DNA from: Candidatus Heimdallarchaeum aukensis
Lineage (GTDB): Archaea > Asgardarchaeota > Heimdallarchaeia > Heimdallarchaeales > Heimdallarchaeaceae
Direction of reading: 5' to 3'
Length of the DNA stretch: 64,000 bases
NCBI GenBank assembly: GCA_021513695.1
Contig: CP084166.1
Span: forward strand, 1,568,001 to 1,632,000
The notes beneath the pieces are model-generated. The model searched no databases. It was given only the letters and a program-made list of their open reading frames with translations, and was not told the origin of the DNA. Below, one piece after another: positions 60,937 through 64,000 of this stretch. The position numbers and the translations under genes are program-made. Every line of letters starts with the position of its first letter. Within the stretch, counting starts at the first letter, position 1.

Positions 60937-62172
60937 TTAAGCTCCAAACTTTTCTACCAAGTGCAACTCATTTAATAACACTTTCATTAGATGTTTTCCT
61001 TTAATTCTTCCTAATCCACCATTATACGCATAACGTTCTCCAAAATACTTAACATTATCTTTTACGCAAGTTGGAGAATAAACAATTAGTGGAACTGGAT
61101 CAGCAGAGTGGTCTTTAAAGGAACAAGGAGTACTATGATCCCCAGAAATCATTACAACTAATTCTTCATCAAAGTTTTCAGGAAGAAATCTGTAAAGCTC
61201 TTTGTCAACTTTTTCAATGAATTCGACTTTTCCGTTATAATTTCCATCGTGCCCATAATTATCTGTTCCCTTAAAATGTAAAAATATGAAATCATGAGTT
61301 TTTAGAAGGTTAAAAGCAGTTTCAGCTTTTAAACGTACATCAGTGTTTGTTCCTCCTGTCATTCCATCTTTTTCAACTATTTCCATTCCGAGCATTCGAG
61401 CAACACCTTTGTAAAGACCTCCACCCGCTACACATGCTGTTTGCAACCCATATTCTTTTTCAAAGTTTGGCAATTTAGGGACTCTTCCAGCACCTCTGAT
61501 TAGCAAGTAATTTGCAGGTAATTTACCGGCTTCAATTCTTTGTTCATTTAGGGGGGAATGAGACAAAATTTCGTGAGATTTCCTTGCAAACTCAGATAAC
61601 ACCCTAGCAGTTTTTTGTGCTGATTCTGAATCATCTAAAGCTTTAAACGAATAAGGAGCTTTTCCTTCTACTTTAGGATCATTTGCTGAAACTTTATCTG
61701 ATAGATTTTCACCACGAAGAACTAGCGCAGCCCTATGTTCAGTACCTGCTTTCATGAGAAATTGAACATCTTCTATCTTCATTCCATTTAATTGCTTAAT
61801 GAACTCTTCTGTTCCTTCTTTTATACGCCCAGCACGACGATCAATAATAATTCCTTTTTCATCCATCGTGGCAAAATTCACTCTAAAAGCAATATCTCCC
61901 TCTTTTACAGTCAAACCAACACCTGAAGCTTCAAAAGGTCCGCGTCCTGTATAATACTGAAAAGGATCAACTCCAAATAGTGCAAGATGAGCAGTATCAC
62001 TTCCTGGCGTCTGTCCAGTTTCAATTACGTCCATGATTCCAGTTACACCCAGTTCAGCAAACTTATCCATATTTGGTGTTTTTGCATACTCTAAGGGAGT
62101 TTTACCGTCTAATTCAGGAATTGGACGATCACCTAATCCATCAAGGATAATAAATAATAATTTTCCAGTCAT
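60937..62172 (-). CDS. apgM: 2,3-bisphosphoglycerate-independent phosphoglycerate mutase, archaeal type
   Basis: N-terminus [36 protein letters not shown] and C-terminus ...ISGDHSTPC...DHSADPVP, typical of archaeal cofactor-independent PGM. Confidence 0.9.
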   Translation of the reverse strand: MTGKLLFIILDGLGDRPIPELDGKTPLEYAKTPNMDKFAELGVTGIMDVIETGQTPGSDTAHLALFGVDPFQYYTGRGPFEASGVGLTVKEGDIAFRVNFATMDEKGIIIDRRAGRIKEGTEEFIKQLNGMKIEDVQFLMKAGTEHRAALVLRGENLSDKVSANDPKVEGKAPYSFKALDDSESAQKTARVLSEFARKSHEILSHSPLNEQRIEAGKLPANYLLIRGAGRVPKLPNFEKEYGLQTACVAGGGLYKGVARMLGMEIVEKDGMTGGTNTDVRLKAETAFNLLKTHDFIFLHFKGTDNYGHDGNYNGKVEFIEKVDKELYRFLPENFDEELVVMISGDHSTPCSFKDHSADPVPLIVYSPTCVKDNVKYFGERYAYNGGLGRIKGKHLMKVLLNELHLVEKFGA

Positions 62173-62246
62173 TAATCAACTTGATTTTTGTACAAAAATA
62201 AATTTTGTGCAAGAATCTTGCTCTCGGAAAGCACTAAAAGAAACTA

Positions 62247-63545
62247 TCACGAAGGAGAGTTTAGATTAGGCGAACCGGTCATAGAGCCAGAGGAGAGAGT
62301 TGATAAACCCTCGACCACGGAAACTGGAAAAAAGAACTTTTTCCGCTCACGTGGGACAGGAAAATAAGAAAAAAAGGAAGAAGAGAGAGGGAGAGGAAGA
62401 GAACCAAAAAAGAGAAGAGAAAGGTTGCGAGAGGCGTTGCGGTCAGAGTGAACTTCAAAACCACAAGAAACGCAACGAAAAAGGTCACGAGTGACACGGG
62501 AGGAAGGAGAAACGTGACCGCAACGAGAGCAACGTTGACTGGTATAATGAGGGGGGACAGGAAGAACAGGAATATGCTTTTCTTCAGCAAGAGAGGTCAA
62601 GAAAGAGAGGAAAAAGCGATAAGACCAGCGGTTGAGAGAGCGACGAATACGTTCTCTTCCTCTAAAATTCTTTTTAGTCCATTTTTTTCTTATTTTACTA
62701 ATTTCTTCAATTACTATCGCAGAGCGTGTAACTACTGCTAAATCTACAATCTCGTGAGCTATTTGCTCACATCGGGTTTTGTTATAATTTTTTTCTTTAT
62801 TTTTCAATCTTTTTAACGCACGCCGTGCTTTTTCACTTCCTTTATCAGCATACGATTGTAGCTTTCTTCTTCTTTCATTAAACTTATGTTGTTTCCAGGC
62901 AAGATCTTTTCCGAGGTAACGTTCAATTAGAGTAAAAGAGGGATGATTAAGTGTTATTGCGGCAGCTATCTTTCTACCTACGTCTACTCCTATCGTTCCT
63001 TCTACTTGTTGAGGAGGAAAAAGGTTAAGTTCTTTACGTAAAATTATGTGCTCTACCCACTTTCTTTCCCGTTTAAAGACTTTACAACTATGCTCTTTCC
63101 ATCCTTCTCTGCGGTATGCTTCTACTCTTCTCCATCCTCCATCTAGTTTGATAGGTATAGCTATCCTTTCTTTCATCGGAGAAATAGCTAAAACAGGGTT
63201 CCCTCTCTCTGTTTCTTTTATTCCTCCACTCCTGGGAAAGTTGAACTCCAACGGTAAATTATCGAACTTTTTCACTTTCCTTGCCGCATAAACTCTTCTC
63301 TGTACCGCTTCTTGCACTTGACTGTGTAACTTCACATATTTGAACCTCTTATATACTAAATGATGGAACTCTTTTCCTGATTTCGCTTTTTCCTTGAACA
63401 CTATTATTTTATTTGCCATCTCTGTCGCTTTTTTCTGTGCTCTCTGCATGTATGCTCTTTTTCTTCTACTCGGGAGAATATTCACTTTTACTGTTTTTTC
63501 TTTCCACTTCCTTTTCTTTCCTTTTCTTCTCCCTTTCGTTTTCAT
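62247..63545 (-). CDS. tnpB: TnpB (second, unrelated family; IS200/IS605 OrfB-type RuvC-like nuclease)
   Basis: RuvC-I IGVDVGRK, RuvC-II AIVIEEIS, zinc finger CSRCGHVS...CVSCGFEV, RuvC-III HSDRNASRN. The low-complexity C-terminal tail (62247-62430) may be non-coding omega-RNA sequence read through in frame. Confidence 0.8.
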   Translation of the reverse strand: MKTKGRRKGKKRKWKEKTVKVNILPSRRKRAYMQRAQKKATEMANKIIVFKEKAKSGKEFHHLVYKRFKYVKLHSQVQEAVQRRVYAARKVKKFDNLPLEFNFPRSGGIKETERGNPVLAISPMKERIAIPIKLDGGWRRVEAYRREGWKEHSCKVFKRERKWVEHIILRKELNLFPPQQVEGTIGVDVGRKIAAAITLNHPSFTLIERYLGKDLAWKQHKFNERRRKLQSYADKGSEKARRALKRLKNKEKNYNKTRCEQIAHEIVDLAVVTRSAIVIEEISKIRKKWTKKNFRGRERIRRSLNRWSYRFFLSFLTSLAEEKHIPVLPVPPHYTSQRCSRCGHVSPSSRVTRDLFRCVSCGFEVHSDRNASRNLSLLFFGSLPLPLSSSFFSYFPVPRERKKFFFPVSVVEGLSTLSSGSMTGSPNLNSPS

Positions 63546-64000
63546 TCCTTCTTCTTACTTTTTTTTCCTATATAAACCCCTCTCCTCTCTCTTTCCTTTT
63601 CTTTTCTTTCCTCTTTTTTTACAAAAAACTTGTTCATGAGAAAAATTAGTGAATACAAATAAATGTTGCTTTAAATCAATAATTCTTTTTGAAACTACTT
63701 TATTTTTCTTATTAAGAATTTAAAAACGGAGAATCTGCTCTGTTTAATATTAAGCTGAAAAATTTTGCTTGGTGTTAAATCAGATTATTCTAAAAGAAAT
63801 AAAATGAAAGAACACAAATAGCTATCGAAACAGATGAGATAAAGAAATCTTTTATTCTAAATCTCCTACTGATGCTATATTTTCGTTTGATGGAGGGGTT
63901 ATATCCTTTTATAACTAAAGTTTCGGCAAATAGGATACTATTATTGATAGCTCTAATAAATACTGTTTTCAACATTTTTTTTAGGATGGAAAATTGATTT

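Noticed and set aside
62279-63649. Several + and - strand ORFs (62279..62590, 62300..62494, 62448..62741, 63046..63291, 63394..63639, 63413..63649) with Lys/Glu/Arg- or Phe/Leu/Ser-rich translations.
   Set aside because: They overlap the third tnpB gene and its polypurine/polypyrimidine end region. The low-complexity translations reflect the nucleotide bias, not genes.
1-64000. Searched by eye for direct-repeat/spacer periodicity (CRISPR), rRNA-like GC-rich blocks and prophage hallmarks (integrase, capsid, terminase).
   Set aside because: None found. Repeats present are limited to the two paralogous TnpB elements and protein-level motif repeats.

Overview
AT-rich (about 30% GC) archaeal chromosome segment with dense coding on both strands. 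The gene content points strongly to an Asgard (Lokiarchaeia-like) archaeon. The window has ordinary housekeeping genes: a thermosome, ThrRS and ProRS, thymidylate kinase, archaeal cofactor-independent phosphoglycerate mutase, hutH/hutI, geranylgeranyl reductase, archease and several aminotransferases. Alongside these sits a striking set of eukaryotic signature proteins. (1) A ubiquitin-ESCRT island at about 18.8-29.6 kb contains two Snf7-family ESCRT-III paralogs, Vps4 (MIT domain plus AAA ATPase), a Vps25-like and a Vps22/36 (EAP30)-like ESCRT-II protein, a UEV-domain Vps23/Tsg101-like ESCRT-I protein, a small possible Vps28-like helical protein, a ubiquitin-like protein ending in a Gly-Gly motif, an E1-like (ThiF/UBA) activating enzyme and a Rab-like small GTPase. 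(2) A bona fide actin (lokiactin-type) lies at 44.9-46.0 kb. (3) A roadblock/LC7 protein lies at 39.9-40.2 kb. (4) A V/A-ATPase subunit I with an apparently duplicated N-terminal cytoplasmic domain, plus subunit C/d, sits far from a stand-alone proteolipid c gene. Three TnpB-type (IS200/IS605 OrfB, RuvC-like) genes are present. Two belong to one about 1.9 kb TnpB-only element family. One of them is frameshifted and sits exactly between vps4 and the vps25-like gene. Both copies share a conserved non-coding 3' region consistent with an omega-RNA scaffold. Both have 9-bp terminal inverted repeats (ATGATTTAC...GTAAATCAT). Both lack the canonical RuvC-II glutamate that the third, unrelated TnpB retains. 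Other points of interest are a GC-rich multi-hairpin non-coding island at about 13.0-13.2 kb (candidate structured ncRNA), an orphan gamma-class N6-adenine methyltransferase, a thioredoxin fused to two V4R domains, and a HIT/MYND-like zinc-finger coiled-coil protein. I saw no CRISPR array, rRNA or convincing tRNA. All assignments come from reading motifs in the supplied translations and DNA. No searches were run.
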